This document shows, one piece after another, positions 8,678-18,301 of a DNA stretch of 64,000 bases. This stretch comes from an uncultured Phascolarctobacterium sp. (GTDB taxonomy: Bacteria; Bacillota; Negativicutes; Acidaminococcales; Acidaminococcaceae). Under the pieces are notes generated by a model, which was not told the origin of the DNA, did no database searches, and worked only from the letters and a program-made list of their open reading frames with translations. A program made the position numbers and the translations under genes. The DNA lies in assembly GCF_934190775.1 (NCBI RefSeq), contig NZ_CAKPTG010000008.1:26337-90336 (forward strand), written 5' to 3'. Numbering within the stretch: the stretch's first letter is position 1; the number at the start of each line of letters is the position of its first letter.

Positions 8678-9331
8678 CTAACAAATCTTCCCCACAATCT
8701 CCAACAACTCCTGCGGCCTTGCAATCACAAAATCCGGCCTGCCCTCCTCCAGCAGCTTCTCCCAACCAAAGGCCGTATAGCGCACGGCAACGGTTTTCGC
8801 CCCCGCACTACGTCCGCTCTGCAAATCGAAGGGACTGTCGCCGACGCACAGGCACTCATCCGGCTTCACTCCCAGCTTGGCACACGCCGCCAGCATCGGC
8901 GCAGGATGCGGTTTGCTCTCCTTCGTATCGCCCAAGGCAACAGTCGCATCAAAATACTGCGTCAGCTGCAGGCAGTCAAGCCCGCGGCGCAGCATCGGCG
9001 GCTTTTTGGAGGTGACCACCGCCAGCTTAATGCCCTGTGCCTTCAGCTGCTCCAGCGTTTCCTGCACGCCGGGGATAGGACGGATCATATCATCGTGATG
9101 TGCGTTATTATATTCTCTGTAAGCGTCGCGCATTGTTTCCACCAGCTCCGGCTTACCGGAAAGCGCAATCATCGCCTCCGGCAGCGGCAGGCCGAAGGTA
9201 GCGACAATCTTCTCGCGCTCCGGCGTAAAGCCCAGCACCTCCTGACAGGTGTGCTCAAAGGTGGCAATAATCAAATCTATGGTATTGGCAATAGTGCCGT
9301 CAAAATCAAAAAGTATTCCCTTAATCTGCAT
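8678..9331 (-). CDS. HAD-superfamily hydrolase (PpaX/phosphoglycolate phosphatase-like, subfamily IA)
   Basis: Motif I ILFDFDGT near N-terminus, motif VVTSK, C-terminal GDSPFD; start chosen at MQIKG (GGAGAGG 8 nt upstream) rather than upstream Met. Confidence 0.8.
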   Translation of the reverse strand: MQIKGILFDFDGTIANTIDLIIATFEHTCQEVLGFTPEREKIVATFGLPLPEAMIALSGKPELVETMRDAYREYNNAHHDDMIRPIPGVQETLEQLKAQGIKLAVVTSKKPPMLRRGLDCLQLTQYFDATVALGDTKESKPHPAPMLAACAKLGVKPDECLCVGDSPFDLQSGRSAGAKTVAVRYTAFGWEKLLEEGRPDFVIARPQELLEIVGKIC

Positions 9332-9463
9332 CTTCATATCCTCTCCGCTCTTTTTGCTCATCTTCATAACATTTGCATAAGCACAATAAATTTATTATAT
9401 CATGTTTACCTGCCTTTGCGCACTAAAAAAGCACTCCCGCTTACGCAGAAGTGCTTATAAACG

Positions 9464-10759
9464 TTATTTTTCGTCTTTTTTCGCAAAGACTACTTCCTTA
9501 GGACCATCATTTACTGCATCCTCAGGAATAATTACATCGTCGAAGCTGATGCCACGGGTGTGCAGCGTGTGGCTCCACTCATGATCATGGCGGTGCCACC
9601 AGCCAAGGGCTGTAATAGGAATCCAGCTGTAAATAAACAGCGGATACAGCAACAGATACATCCAGGACTTGAAGGAAGCACGGATTTTCCACAGTACAGC
9701 TACCGGGAAAATATACTGGCCGATACCAACCAAGGTCCAAACCTCTACCGGAATAATAGTATACAGGATATTGGTGTAGAACGGATAGAAGTTATAAACA
9801 TAGCTGCAAAGCACGAAGAACGTGGAAATCATCAGGAAGTACGGCTGAATGAGGTTCACAGAGCAGTCCAGCATGACGATATTACGTGTCTTGATTGCTT
9901 TTTTGATCATCGGAATGAGATAGCGGTCCGCTACATCAAAGTGACCCTGTGACCAACGCTTACGCTGGTTCCAGGTCTGCTTGAAGGTCAGCGGCTTTTC
10001 ATCGTAAATGATTGCGTCATGCGCCCAGGTTGTAGGAATGCCTTCCATCATCGCCTGAATGGTGAACTCCATATCCTCGGTCAGGCAGGTTGCACGCCAA
10101 CCGTAACGCTTCAGCACCTCGGTATCAAAGCACATGCCGGTGCCACCAAGACAGCAGGACAGGCCCATGTTGTACTTTGCCAGGCTCCATACATGGTTAA
10201 CAATCCAGAAGGAAATTGCAAATACGCCGCTTACCCAGGTATCAGTCGGGTTTTTTGCATCCATATAGCCTTGGATAATGCGTTCGCCGTTGCACAGACG
10301 GCTGTTCATCTCCTGCAGGAAGTTGGGATGCACCAGGTTATCGGCATCGAAAACGCAAACTGCATCATATTTCTTATCCAGCTTGAACAGTCTGTCAAAC
10401 ATCCATGCGAGAGCAAAGCCCTTGCCCTTACCGGTTTCGCTGAAGCGCTCATGCACCAGCGCGCCGGCCTTGCGTGCAACCTCCGCAGTTTTATCCGAGC
10501 AGTTGTCCGCAACAACATAGATATCATATAAAGCGTCATTGTAATTCAGACGGCGCAGGTTATCTACTAATTGAGCAATAACACGTTCCTCGTTATGCGC
10601 ACAGGCAATCAAGGCAAAGGTTTTGCTTTCATTATATATCTTAACTTCCTTCTTCTTGCCGAACAGGCCGAACCAAGAAACAAAAAAGTAGTAGAGCGTA
10701 AAAAATATAATCAATAGCTGCAAAGGTATCATGATTATATCAAAAGCTGTATACATCAA
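9464..10759 (-). CDS. Integral-membrane family 2 glycosyltransferase, processive type (D, DxD, TED, QxxRW motifs)
   Basis: 431 aa; VVADNCSD, VFDADN, TEDMEF, QRKRWSQG motifs as in cellulose/chitin/hyaluronan-synthase-like GT2; N- and C-terminal TM segments. Confidence 0.8.
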   Translation of the reverse strand: MMYTAFDIIMIPLQLLIIFFTLYYFFVSWFGLFGKKKEVKIYNESKTFALIACAHNEERVIAQLVDNLRRLNYNDALYDIYVVADNCSDKTAEVARKAGALVHERFSETGKGKGFALAWMFDRLFKLDKKYDAVCVFDADNLVHPNFLQEMNSRLCNGERIIQGYMDAKNPTDTWVSGVFAISFWIVNHVWSLAKYNMGLSCCLGGTGMCFDTEVLKRYGWRATCLTEDMEFTIQAMMEGIPTTWAHDAIIYDEKPLTFKQTWNQRKRWSQGHFDVADRYLIPMIKKAIKTRNIVMLDCSVNLIQPYFLMISTFFVLCSYVYNFYPFYTNILYTIIPVEVWTLVGIGQYIFPVAVLWKIRASFKSWMYLLLYPLFIYSWIPITALGWWHRHDHEWSHTLHTRGISFDDVIIPEDAVNDGPKEVVFAKKDEK

Positions 10760-10787
10760 AAATCTCCTTTACTCCCCTAACGGCAAA

Positions 10788-11471
10788 TTATTTGTTCTTA
10801 CCTGTAAGAGCACGGTAAACATGGTTTACAATGCCTGCCAGCGTATAGGTGAACATTGCTACAAACGGCCACGCACCGGGACGCTCGTACAACATTACGG
10901 CACCGACGATTACGGCAATAATTACAGGCAGACGGTACATAGGATTGCCCTTGCCCTTGAAATCCGGGAACTTAACCTCGCTGTACATGATGCAGGCAAT
11001 TACCAGAGTAACTGCTGCCAGCACAGCCGGAGCGAATTGATAGCCGGAAACAACATAGGTTGCCAAGAAGCAGGCACCAGCCGGAATAGGCATGCCCTGG
11101 AAATAACCATGTACAACACCGGTGTTGCAGTTGAAGCGTGCCAGACGCAGGCAGCCGCCCACAGCGAAGAGTGCAGCGATAACCTGACCTGCAAGGCCCA
11201 AATCCTGCAGACCATACATATAAATCATGATGGCAGGCGCAACGCCGAAGGAGCACATATCACAAAGAGAATCCATCTCCTTGCCAAAGTCACCGCCGCC
11301 AACGCCGAGAGCGCGGGCAGCACGGCCATCCATAGAGTCAAAAAGTACAGCGATTACGATGAAAACGGGGGCAAGGAAGAAATCCCCCTCGATAGTTTTA
11401 AAGATAGACAGCACACCGAAAATAAGGCTCGCAGAGCTGATGCTGTTCGGAATCAGACGACGCCAGTTCAT
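10788..11471 (-). CDS. pssA: CDP-diacylglycerol--serine O-phosphatidyltransferase (CDP-alcohol phosphatidyltransferase family)
   Basis: 227 aa; CDP-OH P-transferase signature DSMDGRAARALG...GKEMDSLCD; multi-TM. Confidence 0.85.
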   Translation of the reverse strand: MNWRRLIPNSISSASLIFGVLSIFKTIEGDFFLAPVFIVIAVLFDSMDGRAARALGVGGGDFGKEMDSLCDMCSFGVAPAIMIYMYGLQDLGLAGQVIAALFAVGGCLRLARFNCNTGVVHGYFQGMPIPAGACFLATYVVSGYQFAPAVLAAVTLVIACIMYSEVKFPDFKGKGNPMYRLPVIIAVIVGAVMLYERPGAWPFVAMFTYTLAGIVNHVYRALTGKNK

Positions 11472-12100
11472 TGTTCTTTAACCCTCCCCACTACGGTAAT
11501 ACCGCCAACAACCTTATCACCCTTCTTAACGGTGATTTCAACATTTCTGGGCACAACCAGCTCCGTGCTGGAGCCGAATTTAATCATGCCGTAGGTTTCG
11601 CCCTGTTGGAGCTTGGAGCCTACAGTTACCCAGGAAACGATGCGGCGTGCCAGCAGACCGGCAATCTGTATTACTAGGAAGCGCATACGGCCGTTATCCA
11701 TACCGATAGCATGACGCTCGTTTTCAAAAGAAGCGTTTTTCTCATACGCAGGTACGAACTGACCGCAGGTATAGCGCTGATATTTGATTTCGCCATCGAG
11801 CGGCGCACGGTTGGTGTGCACGTTGAAGACAGAAAGGAAAATAGTCACCTTAATTGCAGGCTCGTTGAGATATTCATCATCAAAAATTTCATCTACGCCC
11901 ATTACCGTACCGTCTGCAGGCGAATACAGGATGTTGGGATCATAAGGCGTAACGCGGTGAAAATCGCGGAAGAAGTAGGCAAAGTATAACGCCAGCACTA
12001 CAGGGATTACGGCCCACACAGCGCCGAAGATATAATATACTATTGCAGCCAACAACAGAGAAACACCAACATAAATATAACCATCTTTTACAATAAACAT
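11468..12100 (-). CDS. psd: Phosphatidylserine decarboxylase proenzyme (short archaeal/Firmicute type)
   Basis: 210 aa; C-terminal KFGSSTELV-type GS(S/T) self-cleavage motif; 4-nt overlap with pssA. Confidence 0.85.
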   Translation of the reverse strand: MFIVKDGYIYVGVSLLLAAIVYYIFGAVWAVIPVVLALYFAYFFRDFHRVTPYDPNILYSPADGTVMGVDEIFDDEYLNEPAIKVTIFLSVFNVHTNRAPLDGEIKYQRYTCGQFVPAYEKNASFENERHAIGMDNGRMRFLVIQIAGLLARRIVSWVTVGSKLQQGETYGMIKFGSSTELVVPRNVEITVKKGDKVVGGITVVGRVKEQ

Positions 12101-12313
12101 ATAAAGCCTCGCTTTCCTGCGAATATTTCTTTTAATCTAAAATTTCATATCAGCAAACAACCTTGAACTGACTGTGCAGTCTGTTTTTTTGCAGACATAA
12201 AAAGTGATGGAATGCTACTTCCATCACTTTATTATAATACACCAACCTGCTTTTGTCTATATAAGTGTAAAATTCTTAGCACTTTTGACAAGCACAGTAT
12301 TTTTCAGTCTATA

Positions 12314-13042
12314 TCAGAACTTAGATGCCATTACCTTGATTACAAACTTAGGCAGCGCCATCATGCGCATAAAACGGCTGGGCTGCTTGTACAGGCGGAA
12401 CGCCCATTCCAAAGAAGCGTCCTGCATCCATTTCGGTGCGCGCTCCATTTTGCCAGCAAGCACATCAAAGCTGCCGCCGATGCCCATCAGAATTTTTGCG
12501 TTCAGCTCCGCGCGATGTGCTACAAGCCATTTCTCCTGCTTCGGTGCGCCCAAAGCAACGAAAAGCATGTCTGCACCGCTGGCGTTGATATCCGCAATAA
12601 TCTGCGGCACATCCTCATCCTTAAAGTAACCGTTATGGCAGCCAACTACCTTTACTCCCGGATAAAGCTCCTCAGCCTTCGCCTTCGCAGCTTCAGCCAC
12701 GCCGGGGCTGCCGCCGAAGAAGTACGCCTTGTAGCCCTTGTCCGCCGATAAATCCAACAGCTCGTTGTACAGGTCAAAGCCTGCTACACGCTCCGGCACC
12801 TTGTAGCCCAGGTGCCTGCCTGCCCACACGGCACCGGCGCCGTCGGGCAGCACCAGCTCCGCATCCTCGCAGATGATTTTCTTGTATTCTGCGTTCTCCT
12901 GGCACATCATTATGATTTCGGCATTCGCGGTAACAACGAAGGTCTGCTCCTTGGCGAGCATTCTTTCTTCAAGCGTTTTCACTGCCTCCTGCATCGTCAT
13001 AGCATGTACAGGCACGCCTAATATTTTAATCGGGTCTTGCAT
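12314..13042 (-). CDS. tagA: WecB/TagA/CpsF-family glycosyltransferase (N-acetylmannosaminyltransferase-like)
   Basis: 242 aa; family-typical blocks (ILGVPV, FFGG, DMLFVALGAPKQEKW). Confidence 0.8.
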   Translation of the reverse strand: MQDPIKILGVPVHAMTMQEAVKTLEERMLAKEQTFVVTANAEIIMMCQENAEYKKIICEDAELVLPDGAGAVWAGRHLGYKVPERVAGFDLYNELLDLSADKGYKAYFFGGSPGVAEAAKAKAEELYPGVKVVGCHNGYFKDEDVPQIIADINASGADMLFVALGAPKQEKWLVAHRAELNAKILMGIGGSFDVLAGKMERAPKWMQDASLEWAFRLYKQPSRFMRMMALPKFVIKVMASKF

Positions 13043-13115
13043 ATGTTTTGCCCCCTCTTTTCTGCATAATAATACTACTATTGTACACTACTCTGACAAT
13101 TATTTCAAATCCGTA

Positions 13116-13152
13116 TACAAGAAAAAGTGAACCCTGCGGCATTTGCTGCCGA
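13116..13152 (-). terminator. Terminator hairpin (GTGAACCCT..AGGGTTCAC) after response-regulator gene
   Basis: 9-bp stem followed by TTTTTCTTG on minus strand immediately downstream of stop at 13171. Confidence 0.55.
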
Positions 13153-13170
13153 GGGTTCACCCGAATTGCT

Positions 13171-13875
13171 TTACTGTATATATGCCTTCAGCACATCGCT
13201 CTGCTTGTCAAGGCACAGATACTTATATACCGGTCTGCCCACGCTGCCGCGGTGCAGATCCAGCTTCAGCAGGTGCAGGGATTTCAAAAACTCCAGATAT
13301 TTACGGATAGAAACGCGGGAGATTCCCACCATGCCTGCCACTTCTTCGGTAGTAAACATGCCGTCAATACTGCAAATGCAATCCCAAACAGTGCCTAAGG
13401 TGTTTTTATCAAGGCCCTTGGGCAGAGTTACCGCAACCTGATTTTCCTGACGCATAATAGTAGTGTCAAGGTCAGCCTGCTTAATGATGCCCTGCTCCTC
13501 AACAATCTGATAACGCTTCAGATAATTGTTCAGCGCAAGGTTAAAGCGTTCAAACTCAAAAGGCTTGATAATATAATCGACAGCGCCCAAACGCAGCGCC
13601 AGCTTAATTTTATCCTTATCGTTTGCTGCCGAAACGATGATGACATCTACATCATAACCACTCTCGCGTATTTTAGCCAAAAGCTGCAAACCATCCATAG
13701 TAGGCATAAAGACATCAAGAATGATTAAGTCATATTTGTTCTGACGCAGCAGCTTCAGTGCAGTATCTCCGTTACCGGCGATATCACACAACTGAAACCC
13801 CTTGATCTGGCTAAGATAGTGCTCATGCAATTGGGCAACCATCGGGTCATCTTCTACAACTAACACGTTAATCAT
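13171..13875 (-). CDS. Two-component response regulator, CitB/DcuR (CitT) family
   Basis: 234 aa; receiver domain (VLVVEDD, phospho-Asp in LIILDVFMP, K in IIKP) plus C-terminal HTH. Confidence 0.85.
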   Translation of the reverse strand: MINVLVVEDDPMVAQLHEHYLSQIKGFQLCDIAGNGDTALKLLRQNKYDLIILDVFMPTMDGLQLLAKIRESGYDVDVIIVSAANDKDKIKLALRLGAVDYIIKPFEFERFNLALNNYLKRYQIVEEQGIIKQADLDTTIMRQENQVAVTLPKGLDKNTLGTVWDCICSIDGMFTTEEVAGMVGISRVSIRKYLEFLKSLHLLKLDLHRGSVGRPVYKYLCLDKQSDVLKAYIQ

Positions 13876-13876
13876 C

Positions 13877-15532
13877 TTAATCCCCCTCTTTCCTGGTCGG
13901 AAGCCTTACGGTAAAGGTAGTGCCTTCACCCGGAGCAGACTCCACGGTAATGGTGCCATTAAGGTTATTGATGCTTTGCTTAACCAGATATAAGCCAAAG
14001 CCATGACCGCTTTCGCATTTGCTGCTGAAGCCACGCTGGAAGATACGCTCGCGTATCTCGTCACTCATACCGGGTCCGGAATCCTCCACGACGATAACAA
14101 TCTCACGGTCAAAGTCCAGAATGGAAAGATTTACAATGCGTTCACCGTCAAAATTTTTCAACGCATCAAAGGCGTTTTCGATAATATTGCCGGCAATCAG
14201 TACAATATCATGTACCGAAGGCACATCCAGCTCGCTGTGCAGCTCGCTTTCCTCTGTCAAAGAAAAGTCGATATCAAGTTCACGGCTACGGCTTATTTTA
14301 CCGAGGATAAAGCCTGATAAAGTTATATCCTTCAGGCGGGTTACTACATAAGAAACCTCAGATTGTCTGTTATAGGCAATTTCCTGCGTAAAATTCTTCA
14401 GCTCGTCATAGGCCTTCATATCTATCAGGCCCATAATCACATGCATTTTGTTCATAAACTCATGTGTCTGCGCTCTTAAAGCAGTAGCATAATTTTTGAA
14501 GCCTGTCAGCTGGTTAGCCATCTCTTCTACTACAGATTTTTTGCGGAAGGTAATCACGGCACCGATAATGTTCTTGCCATCCAGCAGCGGTACTGCAGTA
14601 ATAATAAAGACGGTATTGCCCATCTTGACACTGGCATCAACTAAAGTTTTACCTTCTTTTATAATATCATCCCACGGCACACGTTTCAAGACATCTTTTG
14701 CAGATTTTCCAAATAGTTCATTAACTCCTTCAATACCTGCTTGCTTTAAAAGCAATTGGGCCTCGGAATTAACAAGCGTAATGCAGCCGTTGCTGTTGAT
14801 ATTGATAATACCTTCACGTACAGAGTTAAGAATAACATCGCGCTCCTGCAGCATTCTGGCGATTTCTTCCGGCTCATAGCCGAAAAGAACACGTTTAATC
14901 CTCTGCGCCAGATAAATTGCGCCCCAGATGCCGACAATCAGACCAAGCAGCGTCATAGACAGCAAGAATAAAACAGCATCGATTGTTGAGTTATTGACAA
15001 TTTCGTCGGAATAACCGGTAACAACATAACCGATGGTTTTTTTATTGTCATCTTTGACAAAGCCTATGGCCTTATTGGGAATCGCATAGTTTTCCTTATA
15101 GGAAATATTGTTGCGTCCAGCATATTTGTCTACCAGATTTCGTGCGCTATGCTCGAAGTCCGGTAGCTTGCCGGGATTATACAACACGCGCAGATGGCGG
15201 TTCTTGTCGTAAATCGCTACGCCCGCTTCATCCGAATGGTCAACATCGTTAACGAAGGCAGCCATAAAGCTGTCTACGGAATCCTCCGGCCTCTTGTTCT
15301 GCTTCTCCAGGCTCTCCCTTATTTCCGGAGAGTTACAGAGAATGTTGTTGATGCTTACGGCATTGATACTGACGCGGTCATAAATTACCCGTGCCACCTT
15401 CTGCGTCGTAAACAAGGATGTCGGCAACAGTGCAATACCCACTACGAGCGTAATAAGTACTACTATTTTCTGTAAAAGTGAAAGCGTTTTTCCTGATTTG
15501 TAATTGTAATTATCTTTAGATTTTCTCCACAT
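13877..15532 (-). CDS. Sensor histidine kinase, CitA/DcuS family
   Basis: 551 aa; two TM segments flanking a periplasmic sensor, PAS, HATPase_c G-boxes (DSGPGM, GFGLYLV); 2-nt gap to regulator gene. Confidence 0.85.
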   Translation of the reverse strand: MWRKSKDNYNYKSGKTLSLLQKIVVLITLVVGIALLPTSLFTTQKVARVIYDRVSINAVSINNILCNSPEIRESLEKQNKRPEDSVDSFMAAFVNDVDHSDEAGVAIYDKNRHLRVLYNPGKLPDFEHSARNLVDKYAGRNNISYKENYAIPNKAIGFVKDDNKKTIGYVVTGYSDEIVNNSTIDAVLFLLSMTLLGLIVGIWGAIYLAQRIKRVLFGYEPEEIARMLQERDVILNSVREGIININSNGCITLVNSEAQLLLKQAGIEGVNELFGKSAKDVLKRVPWDDIIKEGKTLVDASVKMGNTVFIITAVPLLDGKNIIGAVITFRKKSVVEEMANQLTGFKNYATALRAQTHEFMNKMHVIMGLIDMKAYDELKNFTQEIAYNRQSEVSYVVTRLKDITLSGFILGKISRSRELDIDFSLTEESELHSELDVPSVHDIVLIAGNIIENAFDALKNFDGERIVNLSILDFDREIVIVVEDSGPGMSDEIRERIFQRGFSSKCESGHGFGLYLVKQSINNLNGTITVESAPGEGTTFTVRLPTRKEGD

Positions 15533-17126
15533 CAGCAGGTACCGTCAGGAACTGAATACCAGGATTTCGTTCCAGAATCCAATTCAGGGACCACTCGTTA
15601 TTTACAAGAATAACAGGTCTGTCCTTTTTATCATAAACAAGCATTCCGTTATCCAAGCCTTTAATGTTCTCAATCAGCTTCTTATCCTCTGCATATACCC
15701 AACGTGCAACGGAGTACGGCAGCTGGTTCATCAGCAGCTTAGAGCTGTACTCGTTAAGCAGACGGTATTCCAGAACCTCCAGCTGCAGTACACCGACTAC
15801 GCCGACGATGTAGCTTTCAAGACCTACGCCCTCCTGACGGAATACCTGAATAGCACCCTCCTGCGACAGCTGGATGATGCCCTTTTCAAACTGCTTGCGT
15901 TTGAGGGAGTCCTTAGGCTGTACGCGGGCAAAAATTTCCGGTGGGAATACGGGGAAGTCTTCAAATTGCAGCTTCAGGCTGCTGTCGCTCAGGGAATCAC
16001 CGATACCGAAGATACCCGGATCAAAAACGCCGATAATGTCACCTGGATATGCTTTTTCCACTATTGTGCGCTCCTGAGCCAGGAACTGCTGCGGCTGTGC
16101 CAGCTTAACCATCTTACCGGATTGCTTATGGTAAACGCTCATTCCCTTGTCAAAGACGCCGGAACAAATACGCATGAAGGAAATTCTGTCACGGTGAGCA
16201 GGATTCATATTAGCCTGGATTTTAAAAACAAAAGCAGAGAATTTTTCGTTCTCCGGTGACAATATTGTACCATCCTGCAGCATTCTCGGCTGTGGCATGG
16301 GAGACATTTCCAGGAATTTTTCCAGGAAGCTCTGTACGCCGAAGTTGGTCATAGCACTGCCGAAGAACATCGGAGTCAGCTCGCCGGTGTTAACCTTTTC
16401 CATGTCAAACTCATCGCCTGCCATATCCAGCAGCTCGATGTCGTTGCACAGGTTTTCGTAGAGGTCATCGCCCAGCAGCTCTCTGATTTTGGGATCGTCC
16501 AAAGAACCGGTAGTAGATTTCAGCTTGTTGGCACCGTGGCTGGTGTCGTCCTCAAACAGCTCGATAGTGTTTTCCAGACGATTGTATACGCCCTTATAAT
16601 GGCCGTCGATACCGATAGGCCAGTTAATCGGATATGCGCGGATATTCAGCACCTTTTCCAGCTCGTCCATCAGGTCGAAGGGATTACGGCCGTAGCGGTC
16701 CAGCTTGTTGATAAAGGTAAAGATAGGCAGACGGCGGCGGTGGCAAACCCAGAACAGCTTTTTGGTCTGCGGCTCTACGCCTTTAGCAGCGTCAATCAGC
16801 ATGACAGCGCTGTCAGCAGCCATCAAAGTACGGTAGGTATCCTCGGAGAAATCCTGGTGACCGGGGGTATCCAGAATGTTTACGCGGAAGCCGTCGTAAT
16901 CAAATTGCAGTACGGAAGAAGTAACGGAAATACCACGCTGCTTTTCAATCTCCATCCAATCGGATACAGCGTGCTTATTGCTCTTTCTAGCCTTTACAGA
17001 GCCTGCCAGGTGAATAGCTCCGCCGTAAAGCAGCAGCTTTTCGGTAAGGGTTGTTTTACCTGCGTCAGGGTGAGAAATAATAGCGAAGGTACGGCGTTTC
17101 TTAATTTTATCCATCAATTCTGTCAT
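15516..17126 (-). CDS. prfC: Peptide chain release factor 3 (GTPase)
   Basis: 536 aa; G1 AIISHPDAGKTT, G3 DTPGH, G4 NKLD; RF3 domain order. Confidence 0.9.
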   Translation of the reverse strand: MTELMDKIKKRRTFAIISHPDAGKTTLTEKLLLYGGAIHLAGSVKARKSNKHAVSDWMEIEKQRGISVTSSVLQFDYDGFRVNILDTPGHQDFSEDTYRTLMAADSAVMLIDAAKGVEPQTKKLFWVCHRRRLPIFTFINKLDRYGRNPFDLMDELEKVLNIRAYPINWPIGIDGHYKGVYNRLENTIELFEDDTSHGANKLKSTTGSLDDPKIRELLGDDLYENLCNDIELLDMAGDEFDMEKVNTGELTPMFFGSAMTNFGVQSFLEKFLEMSPMPQPRMLQDGTILSPENEKFSAFVFKIQANMNPAHRDRISFMRICSGVFDKGMSVYHKQSGKMVKLAQPQQFLAQERTIVEKAYPGDIIGVFDPGIFGIGDSLSDSSLKLQFEDFPVFPPEIFARVQPKDSLKRKQFEKGIIQLSQEGAIQVFRQEGVGLESYIVGVVGVLQLEVLEYRLLNEYSSKLLMNQLPYSVARWVYAEDKKLIENIKGLDNGMLVYDKKDRPVILVNNEWSLNWILERNPGIQFLTVPADVEKI

Positions 17127-17141
17127 TATGTATATGCTCTC

Positions 17142-17768
17142 CTATTTCTTTAAATTTTTGGTAATCCTGGCAATTTCGTCCTCATCGGAAACCAGCTCGT
17201 CTACTGCCGGATAATCGGCGTTCTGCTCCTCGTACAGCTTGTAGGCATCAAGAATCTGCATTTTGATGTAGTCGGGAACAGGGATTTCCGTCTGCAGCTC
17301 ACCGCGCATGGTTACACGGAAGGCAACGTTCTCATAGCGTTCACCGCTGTAGGTTTCGCAGGTGAAGGAAGTACGCATGAATTCATCCTTGAAGGTGCAG
17401 TCCTTAAGGATATGCGCCTTGCGCTCCTTATCCCAGGCTGCATAGATTTTATACAGCTCTTGCTGTGCCTCCACCGGCACGTCCTCGCCCAGGACAACGG
17501 TTTCGGTTTCATCTATCGGCGTGCAGTCCATGTTATTGTAGACTGTGCCGTCCTCCAGCTCCAGATCAACTGTCAGCACATAGTCAACCTCATGAAAACT
17601 GGCTGTTTTAATCTGCCATTTCTGCTGCCAGCGGGCAATGCAGTCTGGGCAGATAAATTTGGTATCGCGAATGCTGTTGTTCATGTAATTATCACGATAA
17701 TACAATTTTTCTCCGGGCACAAAATGTTCGCCGCATTCACTGCAGACGAATTCCAATGTACGAATCAT
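17142..17768 (-). CDS. Hypothetical protein with N-terminal CxxC...CxxC zinc-ribbon
   Basis: 208 aa; CSEC...CPDC pairs; acidic C-terminal half; good codon usage; preceded by GGGAGG RBS. Confidence 0.6.
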   Translation of the reverse strand: MIRTLEFVCSECGEHFVPGEKLYYRDNYMNNSIRDTKFICPDCIARWQQKWQIKTASFHEVDYVLTVDLELEDGTVYNNMDCTPIDETETVVLGEDVPVEAQQELYKIYAAWDKERKAHILKDCTFKDEFMRTSFTCETYSGERYENVAFRVTMRGELQTEIPVPDYIKMQILDAYKLYEEQNADYPAVDELVSDEDEIARITKNLKK

Positions 17769-18045
17769 CGGTCAAAACCTCCCAATATAATATGAAAAAG
17801 CCCTTACTTCGAATGCAAGGCGCTCTGCTATAACAGTAATCAGTAATGCCGTGGCTGTCGGGAAGCTATATTCCCAAGCTGTGAGCCTTCGGCCTGATGT
17901 TTTGCAGCTTTTGCTGTCAATTACTGTTCAAATTGCTTTATTATGCCGTCAGCGGCAGTTTGATTTCAGCTCTGCTACCCGACAGCTGCGTAAAATATAT
18001 TTACACGTTCTATATTATAACATATCAGATTGTTTTTCCCTAACA
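17769..18045 (-). promoter_or_regulatory. Long structured 5' leader (~280 nt) with extended -10 promoter and terminator/anti-terminator-like expression platform; candidate cis-regulatory RNA of unknown class
   Basis: Minus strand: TGTTATAAT promoter near 18030; long-range complementary CUGUCGGG/CCCGACAG; GCCUU..AAGGGC hairpin + UUUUUC immediately before GGGAGG RBS. Confidence 0.35.
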
Positions 18046-18109
18046 ATTTTTCTTTAAAATGAGGGTTGTTTGGGACGTAATAATATTTTCCCGCGTGTCC
18101 CAACTTCCT

Positions 18110-18148
18110 TTTAAACATGAAAAAAGCCTTTACGTTAAAACGTAAAGG
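18110..18148 (-). terminator. Rho-independent terminator downstream of tRNA-Pro (GCCTTTACG-N6-CGTAAAGGC + T-run)
   Basis: Perfect 9-bp stem followed by TTTTTTCATG on minus strand. Confidence 0.55.
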
Positions 18149-18162
18149 CTATAAGTCCGACA

Positions 18163-18239
18163 TTGGTCGGAGCGGCGGGATTCGAACCCACGACCTCTTC
18201 CACCCCAAGGAAGCGCTCTACCAAGCTGAGCCACGCCCC
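18163..18239 (-). tRNA. tRNA-Pro (anticodon GGG)
   Basis: Minus-strand sequence CGGGGCGTGGCTCAGCTTGGTAGAGCGCTTCCTTGGGGTGGAAG..GGTTCGAATCCCGCCGCTCCGACCA folds as cloverleaf; anticodon loop TTGGGGT; encoded CCA. Confidence 0.85.
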
Positions 18240-18301
18240 GAATCACAAGGAGTATTATACAGGTTTATTTGGATTTTGTCAACACTATTTTATAAATTAT
18301 T

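Noticed and set aside
17769-18060. FMN riboswitch interpretation of the long leader (GGCAUAAUAAAGCAAUUUG resembles part of the RFN element)
   Set aside because: Other invariant RFN blocks (GUGAAAUUCC, GGAUGGGAGA, CCCGUGACC) are absent and the downstream gene is unrelated to riboflavin.
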